Below are positions 1-9,726 of a stretch of 64,000 nt of DNA, one piece after another. Position numbers and translations under genes: made by a program. Source of the DNA: Candidatus Latescibacterota bacterium (GTDB lineage Bacteria; Latescibacterota; UBA2968). Positions within the stretch are counted from its first letter, which is position 1, and each line of letters starts with the position of its first letter. Where the stretch lies: assembly GCA_965222605.1 (NCBI GenBank), contig OZ244960.1:544001-608000 (forward strand). Direction: 5' to 3'. Under the pieces are notes generated by a model. The model ran no database searches. It saw only the letters and a list, made by a program, of their open reading frames with translations, and was not told the DNA's origin.

Positions 1-1903
1 CAAACGACACCCCAACCCCCAGCGAATATCCCGAAAGCAATCCCGTAAACAACGGACGATACCGCCGATAAAGCGTCACACCACCAATTTTCACAATCAA
101 AAACTTACACGCCCAGGCAATAAAAATAGACCACGTCGATTTCGTGGCACGGCCACTCCCGCCCACTGCAAACCCAATCGGATGCAACGGCCACCAGGGC
201 AAGCGGTAGCGCAACACCGTCAACACCGTCATGCCCACCACACCAACCCCGAAAAATATGAGACGAGAAGACGCTGGTCCCTGAGGGCTTTGCATCATAG
301 TTACAGCCCGCGTAAACACGCTATCGCGGCCATAGCGAAATGGAAACCCTCCAAAATTATACGCGCCCTGTTCATAGCCCCATCCCAGACTCAAATAAAT
401 ACACAAGGGAATACCCACCAGCAGCGCCAGCCCCATACTCTTGCCCAGTCGCCTCTGATCGGTACCGGCAAGATCTCCCATCTTCGCACTATTAGCCAGA
501 GACGACATAAACAGGCCCTTGCCGTGAAAAAACAGCCCCTCTGTAAATGCCAGCGTCGTAATCGTCCCGCCCGCCATAGATGCCGACCCCAAACAATTGG
601 TCACCAATATCTGCGGACTTACCCCCCATGCCAGATAGAGCAAACCACTTTCACACACCACCTTTGCCAGCCCCAAGCACACCCCGTAGAGCGCGAGCAA
701 AAACAAACCGCCGATATACCACTCGATCCCGGCCATACACAGCCATAGCAAACAAAATCCCGACCCCAGAATCACGCCCAATACAGTCGTGCGATAAGAT
801 AACATTTCACCCGAATCATCCACCCCGTACTTCGTATTGATCGCTTTCCTCACCACATCCCGCAGATGATGCCGCGCCGTCCACAATGCCCACCAGACCA
901 GCGCGAACAATGCCCCCAGATTTTCCCATGCACTCGCCGCACCTGTTCCCGGACCCAAATCCAGACCAATGCGATTGAAAATCCCGTTCTGTGTCCAATA
1001 AACCAGATAAAAAAACCAGAGACTAAACAACACATCCAGATTGGCAAAATAACCAAACCCGATAATGTACAAATTGACGCGGTTGGTCATCGCGGGAAAC
1101 CCGTCAATAAATACCAGATCTTTGCGCCCAAAATAATTGATGCGGGGCCAGGCATCCCAAAAATACCACACAAAATTCCAGGCCAAAAGCCCGAATCCAA
1201 GAGCAAACCCGATCCAAAACAGCTTGTTCCGCATCAGGCCAGACCATATCTCCTCAGCACCGTCATCGACAATCAGATCGGACACCGGTGAAATCAGGGG
1301 ATAAACCAGACGCTCGTTTTCCCCCCATTGCTTTCTGAGCATCACCGCCATACACAGCAGCACAAAAGTCAGCACCCCTATCAGACACATCCACCAGAAT
1401 AACGGCATAATCCAGACCGACCACGGCACTGAGCCTGAGGGCAACCCCTCAAAAAACCCCTGCATTGCGCCGCGCTCATTCAACGGTGCCAACCACGAAG
1501 GGATAGTCGGATGCAACAGGGCTTCCCATTGATTCTCTGGCGAAGCAAAATAATAAGGCGCTGCCAGCACACCCAGGAAAAACCCCAAAAGACCACTACC
1601 GGGGATATGCGCCCCAATCAATCCCATTGCAACAACAGTCAAAAGCTCTGAACGCGAGAGCATATACCCCGGATAAATCCATTTCAAAAGCGGGTTCAAA
1701 CCCAGGACTACAACCACAAACCACATGAAAAAACCCACGGGGAAGTGACTCACGTTCATAGACGATGACCGCGCCACCGGCTCGGAAAATGTAATCACCG
1801 CGACTTCGGCACAAACCAGCACAATGCCCAGCAACACAGCGCGGGCGGTCACGCCCCGTCCGGCAGACTGAATCGCAACAGGTGTCTCAAAAGCCAGGCT
1901 CAT
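1..1903 (-). CDS. DUF6785/DUF6784-type polytopic membrane protein (putative peptide/solute transporter), 3' end runs off the window
   Basis: Not in the ORF track because it is truncated by the window edge. ATG at 1903 overlaps the upstream TAA (TAATG). Reads MSLAFETPVAIQSAGRGVTARAVLLG..., includes the WGENERLVYPL motif and C-terminal RYRLPWWPLHPIGF. Clearly paralogous to 43706-45673. Confidence 0.8.
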   Translation of the reverse strand, partial: MSLAFETPVAIQSAGRGVTARAVLLGIVLVCAEVAVITFSEPVARSSSMNVSHFPVGFFMWFVVVVLGLNPLLKWIYPGYMLSRSELLTVVAMGLIGAHIPGSGLLGFFLGVLAAPYYFASPENQWEALLHPTIPSWLAPLNERGAMQGFFEGLPSGSVPWSVWIMPLFWWMCLIGVLTFVLLCMAVMLRKQWGENERLVYPLISPVSDLIVDDGAEEIWSGLMRNKLFWIGFALGFGLLAWNFVWYFWDAWPRINYFGRKDLVFIDGFPAMTNRVNLYIIGFGYFANLDVLFSLWFFYLVYWTQNGIFNRIGLDLGPGTGAASAWENLGALFALVWWALWTARHHLRDVVRKAINTKYGVDDSGEMLSYRTTVLGVILGSGFCLLWLCMAGIEWYIGGLFLLALYGVCLGLAKVVCESGLLYLAWGVSPQILVTNCLGSASMAGGTITTLAFTEGLFFHGKGLFMSSLANSAKMGDLAGTDQRRLGKSMGLALLVGIPLCIYLSLGWGYEQGAYNFGGFPFRYGRDSVFTRAVTMMQSPQGPASSRLIFFGVGVVGMTVLTVLRYRLPWWPLHPIGFAVGGSGRATKSTWSIFIAWACKFLIVKIGGVTLYRRYRPLFTGLLSGYSLGVGVSF

Positions 1904-2811
1904 TATTCCTTCTCCAGCTTATCCAGTTTTCGACTAAAAATCAACTCAATCTGTGCTTTGATATCATCAATAGGCTTTGGATCGCCTGCCATACGCACCT
2001 GCGGCCAGCCCAGGCCGATCTTCATATTGTGGGAAAGCACAAGCCCGCGGTCGATATCAATCTCCCACTCGGCATTCCCCGACCCCGTGCCGTCAATCAC
2101 CAGCGACAACACTTCAATATGCAACCAAATTCGGTAATGCACCTCGCGTTCCTCTTCAATCTCCACCACCCGGTATCCCTTTTGCTTTTTGACCTTCTTC
2201 AACTTATAGGTGCTGGTAAACTGCACGAGCGATGGCTCAAACCCGGCATCGAAATCGTAAAACGGCACCTCAATGCGCTGTTCGCCCTCCCAGGTATCCC
2301 CGACCGACACCGCTTGATCGGGCAGCACTGGCGCGAGACTGGGCATCCAGACCTGGCGCAAATCCGTAATCATATCCTTGCGCTCGGCCTTATATGCCGA
2401 AAAATCGGGATCAAACTCGACCACCTGTCCCCCGGGCGCAATCCTCCAGACAAACGAAAGATCATTCAACAAATCCAGAGTATAGGGGAATTGCTCATAG
2501 GTCAACCGTTCACCCGACAACGTGGCCTGACTGCCGCCCTTATCTACTTTAGCCATCACTTTCGCGCTATCGCCCCCTTCGACCACCATCTCTCGGCTTC
2601 GCCATTCCCCATAACCTTGCACTCCAAACGTGCCCTCTCTCAGAATTATCTCGGCCTTATCGCTAAAATACTCCAGGCGATACTTGTTTTTATAGCGCAC
2701 TACTCGCCCTTCGGGATACTGCAACTTCAACATCACCTGATCCGTAGCATACACCTCCAGAACGCCAACCAGCATCCCCATCGCACACAGAATCCATCTC
2801 AAAATCTTCAC
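1903..2811 (-). CDS. Secreted hypothetical protein (DUF6263-like)
   Basis: 302 aa ORF with a signal peptide, LKLQYPEG start of the mature domain and a PVLPDQAVSVGDTW motif; RBS AAGGAGG. Confidence 0.6.
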   Translation of the reverse strand: MKILRWILCAMGMLVGVLEVYATDQVMLKLQYPEGRVVRYKNKYRLEYFSDKAEIILREGTFGVQGYGEWRSREMVVEGGDSAKVMAKVDKGGSQATLSGERLTYEQFPYTLDLLNDLSFVWRIAPGGQVVEFDPDFSAYKAERKDMITDLRQVWMPSLAPVLPDQAVSVGDTWEGEQRIEVPFYDFDAGFEPSLVQFTSTYKLKKVKKQKGYRVVEIEEEREVHYRIWLHIEVLSLVIDGTGSGNAEWEIDIDRGLVLSHNMKIGLGWPQVRMAGDPKPIDDIKAQIELIFSRKLDKLEKE

Positions 2812-2822
2812 AGCGTCCTCCT

Positions 2823-5039
2823 TTATCCATCCGGCCTCTGCCTTCTTTCTTGGATCAACACTTCCAACTCTCGCACAGCATTCACATCTCTCGTGATTTT
2901 CCGGTACCCATCCAACGCCGCCGCCGCATCCTCCTCCCGCCCGGTCTCTGCACAGACCAATGCCAAATTGTGATAAGGTACAGCATAATTGGGATCCGAT
3001 TCAATGGCTTTTCGGTACCAATAAATTGCCGCATCCAGAGAATCCCGAATAGTATATGTATCTCCCAGATCGGTATAATCCCGGGCTGTGCCGGGTCGGG
3101 TTCTGAACCGATTCACAATATCTGCCTCCCACAACTCGCACGCTCGGTGCAAAGGCGCGACCAGGATCGAATCTCTTGCCGCTGCTTCCCGCCACATTTT
3201 TACCGCCTCCGAGAATTGCTTGTTCCTGATAAACACGGTACCAAGCCCCGCATAAGCATCTGGCATTTCGGGCCAGACCTTCAGAGCCTGCCGGAACGCA
3301 ATCTCCCCAGACCGATCATCACCCTGTTGCAATGCATCAATGCCCACCTGCACCTGTGCCTCTGGGTCGTCGGCAAGAAGGTCTGTCACCATTGTTCGAT
3401 ATTCCGTCAGAGCCTTCGATAGCTTATCCCTGCGCGATAGATTCACACCCTCCAGCATCGAAGCCGCCCTTATACGCACCAATCGCGAAGGATCATCCAA
3501 CCGATCAATCACAGCCTCAATACCCGCATCTCTTCCCTGAACCATCAATCCCTCTATCGCCCGGGTGCGTACCATCGAATGTAGATCGTCCAGAGCGTCT
3601 ATCAAAGCCTTTTCAGCCCTATCATCTGCCTGCCTGCCCAGTAATACGGCTGCCGAAGCCCGCAACACCATGCTCTGGTCTTTCGAAAGCGCGATCAAAC
3701 CATCCAGAGCCTTTGGGTCCCCCACTCGTCCCAGAACAATTGCTTCGGCCTGAGCCACTTCATCTTCCTGTGAACCCCACCACGTCTTTACCCAGCTTGC
3801 CGCCCAGTTGGGGGTTTGATCGCTATGGCACCCGTTACACGCATTTGGAATGCCAAACCGAACCGTATTTTCCGGTACCGGCGACAGGATGCGGTGATCG
3901 TATATCCCAATGCGCTTCACTTCTTCTACAGGTGGCATATGGCAATCCACACACCCGACCGTCTTGTGATTGCTATGCCTTTCAACAGGCTCTCCCACAT
4001 CTATCCTGTGACAGTTCAAGCACACCCGATCATAGGTTGCAGCGCGGGTCTCGCCTTCCGCTCTCACAGGACCCAGATGGTGAGAATCGTGGCAACCTGC
4101 GCACGTCAGATGCCCCACCGTATAACACGAACTCATCAAAAAAGCCAGAGTGTTGTAGTTCAGCGCGCGGTAGCGTCCATCTGCCCAGAACTTTTCGCTG
4201 TCCAGCACTTCCAATTCGTAAAAGTCGTAAAACGGATCGCCCGGCTGATAGCCCTCCTTGATAATCCGCTTGTGCGCGTGGCACTGCGCGCAGACTTCTA
4301 CTGACTGTTCCGAACTCAAAAATTGCAAATTTACCAGTATCGTATCCCGCGCTGGCACCTGGTCCGGCAACGCTTTCCAAAATGCCACATGTTGGCCTCC
4401 AGGTCCGTGGCAGGTTTCGCAATTGATGCTCAAATCTGTCCAGCGCGTCGCGTAGGTTCCCGTCTCTGGATCGTAATTTTTTACAATCTGGCTGGCGTGA
4501 CAGTCGTGACACTGAAAATTCCAGTTCCGCCCAAAATTCGTCCAATAATTGACATCGCCCGGCGCAAAGCCCTGCGGGTGGTCGAACAACCCTTCCACTG
4601 GATCGAACCACGTCTGCTCCCGAACATCCCAATAGACCGGCAGCACCTGAATGCGTCCCCCCTCAAGCGTGGTCAAATACCACTGCGTATCCCGGTCTCC
4701 GATTGCGTATTCGACGGGATAGACCCCCCGCTTCCCGTTCGCGCCATCCGTCTCCATAAAATAGGTCCCGTCCCGCACAAACATACGAGAAGTCATTCCC
4801 CCATAAGTATATGTATTGTTCTGCGTAAAATCTCCCCGTACAGTTTCGATCGAAGGCACCTGCATTGATCGCCGATGCAACGACCCATGCCATTCTTTAT
4901 AAGAATCCAGATGACACGTTGCACACGCCTCTGCACCCGTATATATCGCTTTGGATGTTACTGACTGTGGCGCATCCTTCGCACATCCACATACCATCAC
5001 CAAAAAGAGAAGAGTCCTCTGGATCATTGCAAGCATCAC
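2823..5039 (-). CDS. Multiheme c-type cytochrome with HEAT repeats and TPRs (probable lipoprotein)
   Basis: Eight CxxCH motifs (CATCH, CHDCH, CETCH, CAQCH, CAGCH, CLNCH, CVDCH, CNGCH), HEAT-like 'LIDALDDLHSMVR' repeats, C-terminal TPRs and a lipobox-like VCGC. Confidence 0.85.
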   Translation of the reverse strand: MMLAMIQRTLLFLVMVCGCAKDAPQSVTSKAIYTGAEACATCHLDSYKEWHGSLHRRSMQVPSIETVRGDFTQNNTYTYGGMTSRMFVRDGTYFMETDGANGKRGVYPVEYAIGDRDTQWYLTTLEGGRIQVLPVYWDVREQTWFDPVEGLFDHPQGFAPGDVNYWTNFGRNWNFQCHDCHASQIVKNYDPETGTYATRWTDLSINCETCHGPGGQHVAFWKALPDQVPARDTILVNLQFLSSEQSVEVCAQCHAHKRIIKEGYQPGDPFYDFYELEVLDSEKFWADGRYRALNYNTLAFLMSSCYTVGHLTCAGCHDSHHLGPVRAEGETRAATYDRVCLNCHRIDVGEPVERHSNHKTVGCVDCHMPPVEEVKRIGIYDHRILSPVPENTVRFGIPNACNGCHSDQTPNWAASWVKTWWGSQEDEVAQAEAIVLGRVGDPKALDGLIALSKDQSMVLRASAAVLLGRQADDRAEKALIDALDDLHSMVRTRAIEGLMVQGRDAGIEAVIDRLDDPSRLVRIRAASMLEGVNLSRRDKLSKALTEYRTMVTDLLADDPEAQVQVGIDALQQGDDRSGEIAFRQALKVWPEMPDAYAGLGTVFIRNKQFSEAVKMWREAAARDSILVAPLHRACELWEADIVNRFRTRPGTARDYTDLGDTYTIRDSLDAAIYWYRKAIESDPNYAVPYHNLALVCAETGREEDAAAALDGYRKITRDVNAVRELEVLIQERRQRPDG

Positions 5040-5065
5040 AACCGTCCCTATACTCTAAACGGCCC

Positions 5066-5100
5066 AAAAATTCGCCATACAGGCTATCTGACGAATTTTT
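5066..5100 (-). terminator. Hairpin/terminator-like element downstream of the PhyH gene
   Basis: aaaaattcgtca...tggcgaattttt inverted repeat on the minus strand, immediately after the stop at 5101. Confidence 0.45.
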
Positions 5101-5985
5101 CTATCTTTCCAAAAAAGTCTCAGACCATTTCGGCTCATAGTCGCTCTCGAACAACCAGTCAAAATTCTCGGGCACAATATGGGCGCGCTCGGGACGCAAC
5201 TTCTCTCGCAGCCGGGGAAAAAACGCCATTACCCCATCCCGCTGAATCTTCGGCAACCCGCAGGACACGCCCGTAGCGATCCATGACGTGCCCATCGCCT
5301 TGCGTGGCACCTTATCCTCATTCTGCCAGGCAGAATGCAATCCCGCACTGCACAAAACCAGAATCTGTCCTCGACGCGCAACAGCCGGAACCGGTTCCTG
5401 CTCCAGCCAGGGCGTATCAACCAGCTCGGGCACATGCTCGGGATAAGCCGACGCAGTATCCGACGGCTCTGGACGCAACCCGTGGACGCGGGGCAACATC
5501 GCCTTGTGCTCTGGTGTCAAAACCCGGCTCCAGTGTTCCATAATCGGACGATGACTACCCGGCAGAATGCGCATAGCCCCTCGATGATCGGGCACATCAT
5601 TGAGCCAGAACCACAACTCAGCGCGCATCCGTCGGGGCGTCGCCTGAAAATCATCCCATGTCGCCTGGATATCGACGTGGCATCCATTTCCCCATTGCTC
5701 GCGAACACTCGCAAAAGGTGCATTACTCGGTGCGCGCTCGTGGGGTGTCAACCCCCACCACAGATGTACGGACTCAGCCCGCAACACCTTCTTCGCGACC
5801 TCCTCAAAATAGGGATGCTGGACGACATCGACATAATCCGGATCTTCATAAGGCGGACGCCCGCTCGCCTTCAACCGATCCCAGGACGCTTCGGCGCGGT
5901 CCAACTCCTCGGTCGTAAAGGGACTGTCAATCGCAACCGCCCCTTCCTCCTCGTATTGTCTCATTTGTGCATCGGTAAATAGCAT
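5101..5985 (-). CDS. Phytanoyl-CoA dioxygenase (PhyH) family Fe(II)/2OG dioxygenase
   Basis: 'QMRQYEEEG' N-terminus, HVD metal motif, GAMRILPGSH, distal LHSA; start moved to the ATG at 5985 after GGAG. Confidence 0.85.
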   Translation of the reverse strand: MLFTDAQMRQYEEEGAVAIDSPFTTEELDRAEASWDRLKASGRPPYEDPDYVDVVQHPYFEEVAKKVLRAESVHLWWGLTPHERAPSNAPFASVREQWGNGCHVDIQATWDDFQATPRRMRAELWFWLNDVPDHRGAMRILPGSHRPIMEHWSRVLTPEHKAMLPRVHGLRPEPSDTASAYPEHVPELVDTPWLEQEPVPAVARRGQILVLCSAGLHSAWQNEDKVPRKAMGTSWIATGVSCGLPKIQRDGVMAFFPRLREKLRPERAHIVPENFDWLFESDYEPKWSETFLER

Positions 5986-6062
5986 ATGGTTTTCTCCCTC
6001 CGTTGCAGCAAAAATCATTCGAATCAGACGATCCTTGCCTGAATGAGCTTGTTTTCTTTTTC

Positions 6063-6091
6063 AGTTTATCGCCTCTCAGCCCAAAATTCAA
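6063..6091 (-). promoter_or_regulatory. Sigma70-type promoter for leftward genes
   Basis: TTGAAT-17 bp-TAAACT; a homologous element lies at 29038-29066. Confidence 0.55.
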
Positions 6092-6194
6092 GCCAAATAC
6101 CACGAGCTATACCTTGTGTGGGACAAGCCAATAGTCTATATTTCTAATAGCTCTTATTCTCAAAACTTTAGCATTTTTTGTGAAAGGCCTCTCG

Positions 6195-8663
6195 ATGAAC
6201 ACAGCCCTCAAATGTGTTGCACCCGCCCTGCTCTGTTTCTTGCTCTCTGCAACGCTTGCCGCTCAGGAAGCCCAGATTGACTCTCTCATTGCCCAGGGAC
6301 AGGCTGCCTTTGAAGCCAACAAAAAAGACCAGGCCATCAAAGCACTCACAGCAGCCATCAAACAGAATCCCGATAACATCCAGACCTACCTCGCCGTTGC
6401 CCGCATATACATCAAGGCGGAGTATCTGAACCACGCGATGAAGGCATTCAAAGAAGCCCTCAAACTCAATGATGCCTCGCCAGAAGCCCAGACCGGCATT
6501 GCAGAGATCTACTATAAAAAAGCCTCTGGCGGGATCATGGCTGTTTACCATGCCCGCAAAGCTGTCAGCGCGGCCCGGCGCGCCACCCGACTCGACCCCA
6601 CCTACGCGTCCGCCTACGTCCTCCTCGGTCGCGCTTATATCCGCCTGAATGAGAACCACACGGCTGCCTCGCGGGCTTTTGCACAGGCATTGACACACCA
6701 GCCCGACAATCCCGAAATCGCCTACCTCCTGGGCACTTCCTATATTGAACTGCGCCGCAATGCCGAAGGTCGTCAGCGCGACAGCCAGATGATCCTGAAC
6801 GAATCCACCCTCAAAAACCTCGGACACCACCTCGAAAATGCTCGCTTCCTCCCCATCGCCGCGCAGATACTCTTCGATAAAGGAGAGCCGGAAAAAGCCC
6901 TCAATATCTTTGAGCAATTCATCGCCACCCTGCCTGAAACAGAACGGGCCTACTACGACGACATCGCCAGGGTGGGAACCAAAGAAGAAATCAAAACCTA
7001 CGAAGCAACCCCCGAAGCGGAACGCCCCGCCTTCCTCGAACAATTCTGGGCCAAGCGCGATTTCGATTTGCTCACCGAAGTCAACGAACGCCTTATCGAG
7101 CACTACCGCAGGGTGTGGTATGCGCGAAACCACTTCGCCGAAGCCAAAACACCCTGGGATGCGCGGGGAGACATCTATATCCGCTACGGCGACCCCGACT
7201 ACCGCGCGCGTTCTGGCAGGGCCAACCCCGAAATCACGCCCGCCGTAGAACAGGTCAAAGAACGTCTCGCCCTGGCCCTCTATGGTCCCGAAGCGATGGA
7301 CGAAGTTTTTACCGGGCCGGTCTATCCCATCCGTTCCAACCAGTCTTTTGTGGGCGAACTCGATCCCGCGGCTCTCGCACGCACCGATGAAGGCGGCAAT
7401 ATTCTCGTACCCCCCGGCACATTTGAAGGCAACCAGGACGAATTCGTCCTCACAGAAGCTCTTGGGGCAGATGGGGAGGCAAGCGGTGAAGTCGGAGAAA
7501 TTGGGCAGTTGGCCCTCGACGAATACCAGCGGCGGCAGATGCGCCCCGAAAACCAGCACCACTTCTTGCCCGTCACCTCACGAGGCGACATGACCATTGT
7601 GTCCTGGGAAACCTGGGTCTATACCCACATCGGAGAAGGCATCGAAATCACCTTTACCAACGAGTTGGGCAGCGGTGTTTACAGCTACGCACCACTCCCC
7701 GACTTTCCCCACGAAGAAACCACCATTGGCCTTCACCGGTACTCACTCCTCGCGTATTACGCCCCCGAGGCCATCGCCAACCGCACGGTCAGCGAAGTCC
7801 CCGACTTTTACACGCCCGGCGGCCCCATGTCAGGGCTTGGCTTTCACTATGACTTTGCAGACTTTCGCGGGTCAGATGGCACCACCCGCCTGGAAATCTA
7901 CTACGGCATCGATCCCATAGAAATGGGCACCTTTGCTTCGGGCGACACCTCCACAATTGTCGCTGACTGCGCCGTCATCCTGGCCGACACCTCCTACACG
8001 AACGTTTACCGCTCACAAGACGCCATCTTTTACCGGTCTATCGGCCACCGCATGTGGCCCGAAGGCTCCTTCATCCCCACCCTCATCCCAATCGATGTTC
8101 CCCCCGGCAACTACCTGCTCACAGTACAGGTCAACGACCGCGCTGCCGAACGCAAAGGTATTTATCGCCATCAAGTACACGTTGAGCCTTATCAATCCAA
8201 CGCCTTGCAACTCAGCGACATCCAGCTAAGCTGGAACATCTCGGAAAACCCGGGTGACGAAAAATTCCGCAAAGGCGACGTCTGGGTCGTGCCTATGATC
8301 TCCCGCGCCTATCAGAAAGACCAGAGCGCGTATGCCTATTACGAACTCTACAACCTCACCCGAAACGAATTTGGGCAAACCCGCTATCGCGTCACCTATA
8401 CCATTACCGTGGAAGATCCAATACGCCCCTTCAATCTGGTCCGCAGCAGCGTTGGTGCGCTTGCCAGGATATTTCAGCGGCAGGACAGAACGCAGGTCAA
8501 AGTCAGCTTCGACCAGACCGGCAACGAACAATCTATCGCCGGGTATTTTGAACTCAGCTTGAAAAAAGTCAAAGCCGGTTACAACCGCCTCACCGTCACA
8601 GTCGAAGACCTCAACAACGGACAAAAAGCCGCCAAAGAAATCCAGTTCAGATATAAAAAATAG
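6195..8663 (+). CDS. TPR + GWxTD-domain protein (copy 1)
   Basis: Signal peptide, N-terminal TPRs, 'FLEQFWAKRD...NERLIEHYRRVWYA...PWDARGDIYIRYGDPD' and 'WETWVY'; C-terminal Ig-like domains with LQLSDIQL. Confidence 0.85.
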   Translation: MNTALKCVAPALLCFLLSATLAAQEAQIDSLIAQGQAAFEANKKDQAIKALTAAIKQNPDNIQTYLAVARIYIKAEYLNHAMKAFKEALKLNDASPEAQTGIAEIYYKKASGGIMAVYHARKAVSAARRATRLDPTYASAYVLLGRAYIRLNENHTAASRAFAQALTHQPDNPEIAYLLGTSYIELRRNAEGRQRDSQMILNESTLKNLGHHLENARFLPIAAQILFDKGEPEKALNIFEQFIATLPETERAYYDDIARVGTKEEIKTYEATPEAERPAFLEQFWAKRDFDLLTEVNERLIEHYRRVWYARNHFAEAKTPWDARGDIYIRYGDPDYRARSGRANPEITPAVEQVKERLALALYGPEAMDEVFTGPVYPIRSNQSFVGELDPAALARTDEGGNILVPPGTFEGNQDEFVLTEALGADGEASGEVGEIGQLALDEYQRRQMRPENQHHFLPVTSRGDMTIVSWETWVYTHIGEGIEITFTNELGSGVYSYAPLPDFPHEETTIGLHRYSLLAYYAPEAIANRTVSEVPDFYTPGGPMSGLGFHYDFADFRGSDGTTRLEIYYGIDPIEMGTFASGDTSTIVADCAVILADTSYTNVYRSQDAIFYRSIGHRMWPEGSFIPTLIPIDVPPGNYLLTVQVNDRAAERKGIYRHQVHVEPYQSNALQLSDIQLSWNISENPGDEKFRKGDVWVVPMISRAYQKDQSAYAYYELYNLTRNEFGQTRYRVTYTITVEDPIRPFNLVRSSVGALARIFQRQDRTQVKVSFDQTGNEQSIAGYFELSLKKVKAGYNRLTVTVEDLNNGQKAAKEIQFRYKK

Positions 8664-8680
8664 AGAGATGGCAAAATCAA

Positions 8681-8713
8681 AAAAAGGCGACCGAAAAACT
8701 CGGTCGCCTTTTT
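8681..8713. terminator. Bidirectional rho-independent terminator
   Basis: aaaaaggcgaccga-aaaac-tcggtcgccttttt between convergent genes. Confidence 0.9.
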
Positions 8714-8732
8714 ACATGCTCAACACAACGAG

Positions 8733-9674
8733 CTAAAATGCAAAGCCCACCCCAAACCGCAAGGGTGTATTCAGATCGTGTTTGGACTGCTGCCACGCCA
8801 CATCCGCCGTGATCTTTGTCCCGACCAGGGGCAACTTCACGCCTGCACCTGCTGTAACCCCAAAGGAATCGTAGCGGAACATATATCCTGCCCGCAGCGC
8901 CAGCATATTGCCCACCCAGGCTTCGCCGCCCACATGATAGCGCTCTTCCCAGTTGATCAGGAAGTTCATCTCAAACGCCCCGGTGATATAAAACGGATCG
9001 CCTTGCTGCCCATAGACCTCGGCAGCGGTTCCCAGATTGAACGACAGAGGTTGCTGGAACTGCCGCCGCAACACCACTGTGTCCTTTCCGAAGTTCCGCA
9101 ATGCCATTGACAGTCTCAGGCTGCCAAGCCCGGTGTAGAACTTGGTGCCGAAATCCACATTGAAAGTCGTGTGGTTGGTCAGGTCCAGATCCTCGCGAGC
9201 CAACATAAATCGGATGCCAAAGGACAGCTTGTCCGTGAACTTGCGGCTATAAATGAGACTAAAAGCCGATGTGCCCAGGCTGAGGATTCGACCCGTGCCT
9301 CCCGGCTGCAAAATCGTGGTCTCCTCTACATCCTCTGGCTTAAAGGTCAGGATACTGACCCCGATGGTATGCACACCGCTTGTATAAGCTATAGCCCCGG
9401 TGTTGAATTTAGAATTTACGAACCACATCGAATGGCTCAGCGACACTTCCACTTTCTCCACACCCGTCATACCGGCCGGATTCCACCACGCGGCATTGAC
9501 ATCGTCTGCGATAGTTGCATAAGCACTCCCCATTGCCACGGCTCGAGGGCTTTGCGCCACCGCAAGGGGTGAGAAGATTGTCAAGTCCGGCCGCTTGATA
9601 AGCCCACCTGCATCTGCTGGAACAGCCATCAGTGTCGTGGCGAGCACGCAGATGACAAAAACTTTTTTATACAT
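8733..9674 (-). CDS. PorV/PorQ-family outer-membrane beta-barrel (copy 1)
   Basis: 'SPRAVAMGSA...DVNAAWWNPAG' signature, LALRAGY, terminal aromatic residue (GFAF), signal peptide. Confidence 0.85.
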   Translation of the reverse strand: MYKKVFVICVLATTLMAVPADAGGLIKRPDLTIFSPLAVAQSPRAVAMGSAYATIADDVNAAWWNPAGMTGVEKVEVSLSHSMWFVNSKFNTGAIAYTSGVHTIGVSILTFKPEDVEETTILQPGGTGRILSLGTSAFSLIYSRKFTDKLSFGIRFMLAREDLDLTNHTTFNVDFGTKFYTGLGSLRLSMALRNFGKDTVVLRRQFQQPLSFNLGTAAEVYGQQGDPFYITGAFEMNFLINWEERYHVGGEAWVGNMLALRAGYMFRYDSFGVTAGAGVKLPLVGTKITADVAWQQSKHDLNTPLRFGVGFAF

Positions 9675-9695
9675 ACTTGCACTCCTTATTCAGAG

Positions 9696-9721
9696 GGGCG
9701 ATAGGCACAGACCTACCGCCC
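9696..9721 (-). promoter_or_regulatory. Intercistronic mRNA stem-loop
   Basis: gggcggtagg...cctatcgccc pairs on the minus (mRNA) strand with G-U pairs; no U-tract. Confidence 0.5.
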
Positions 9722-9726
9722 GCCGA

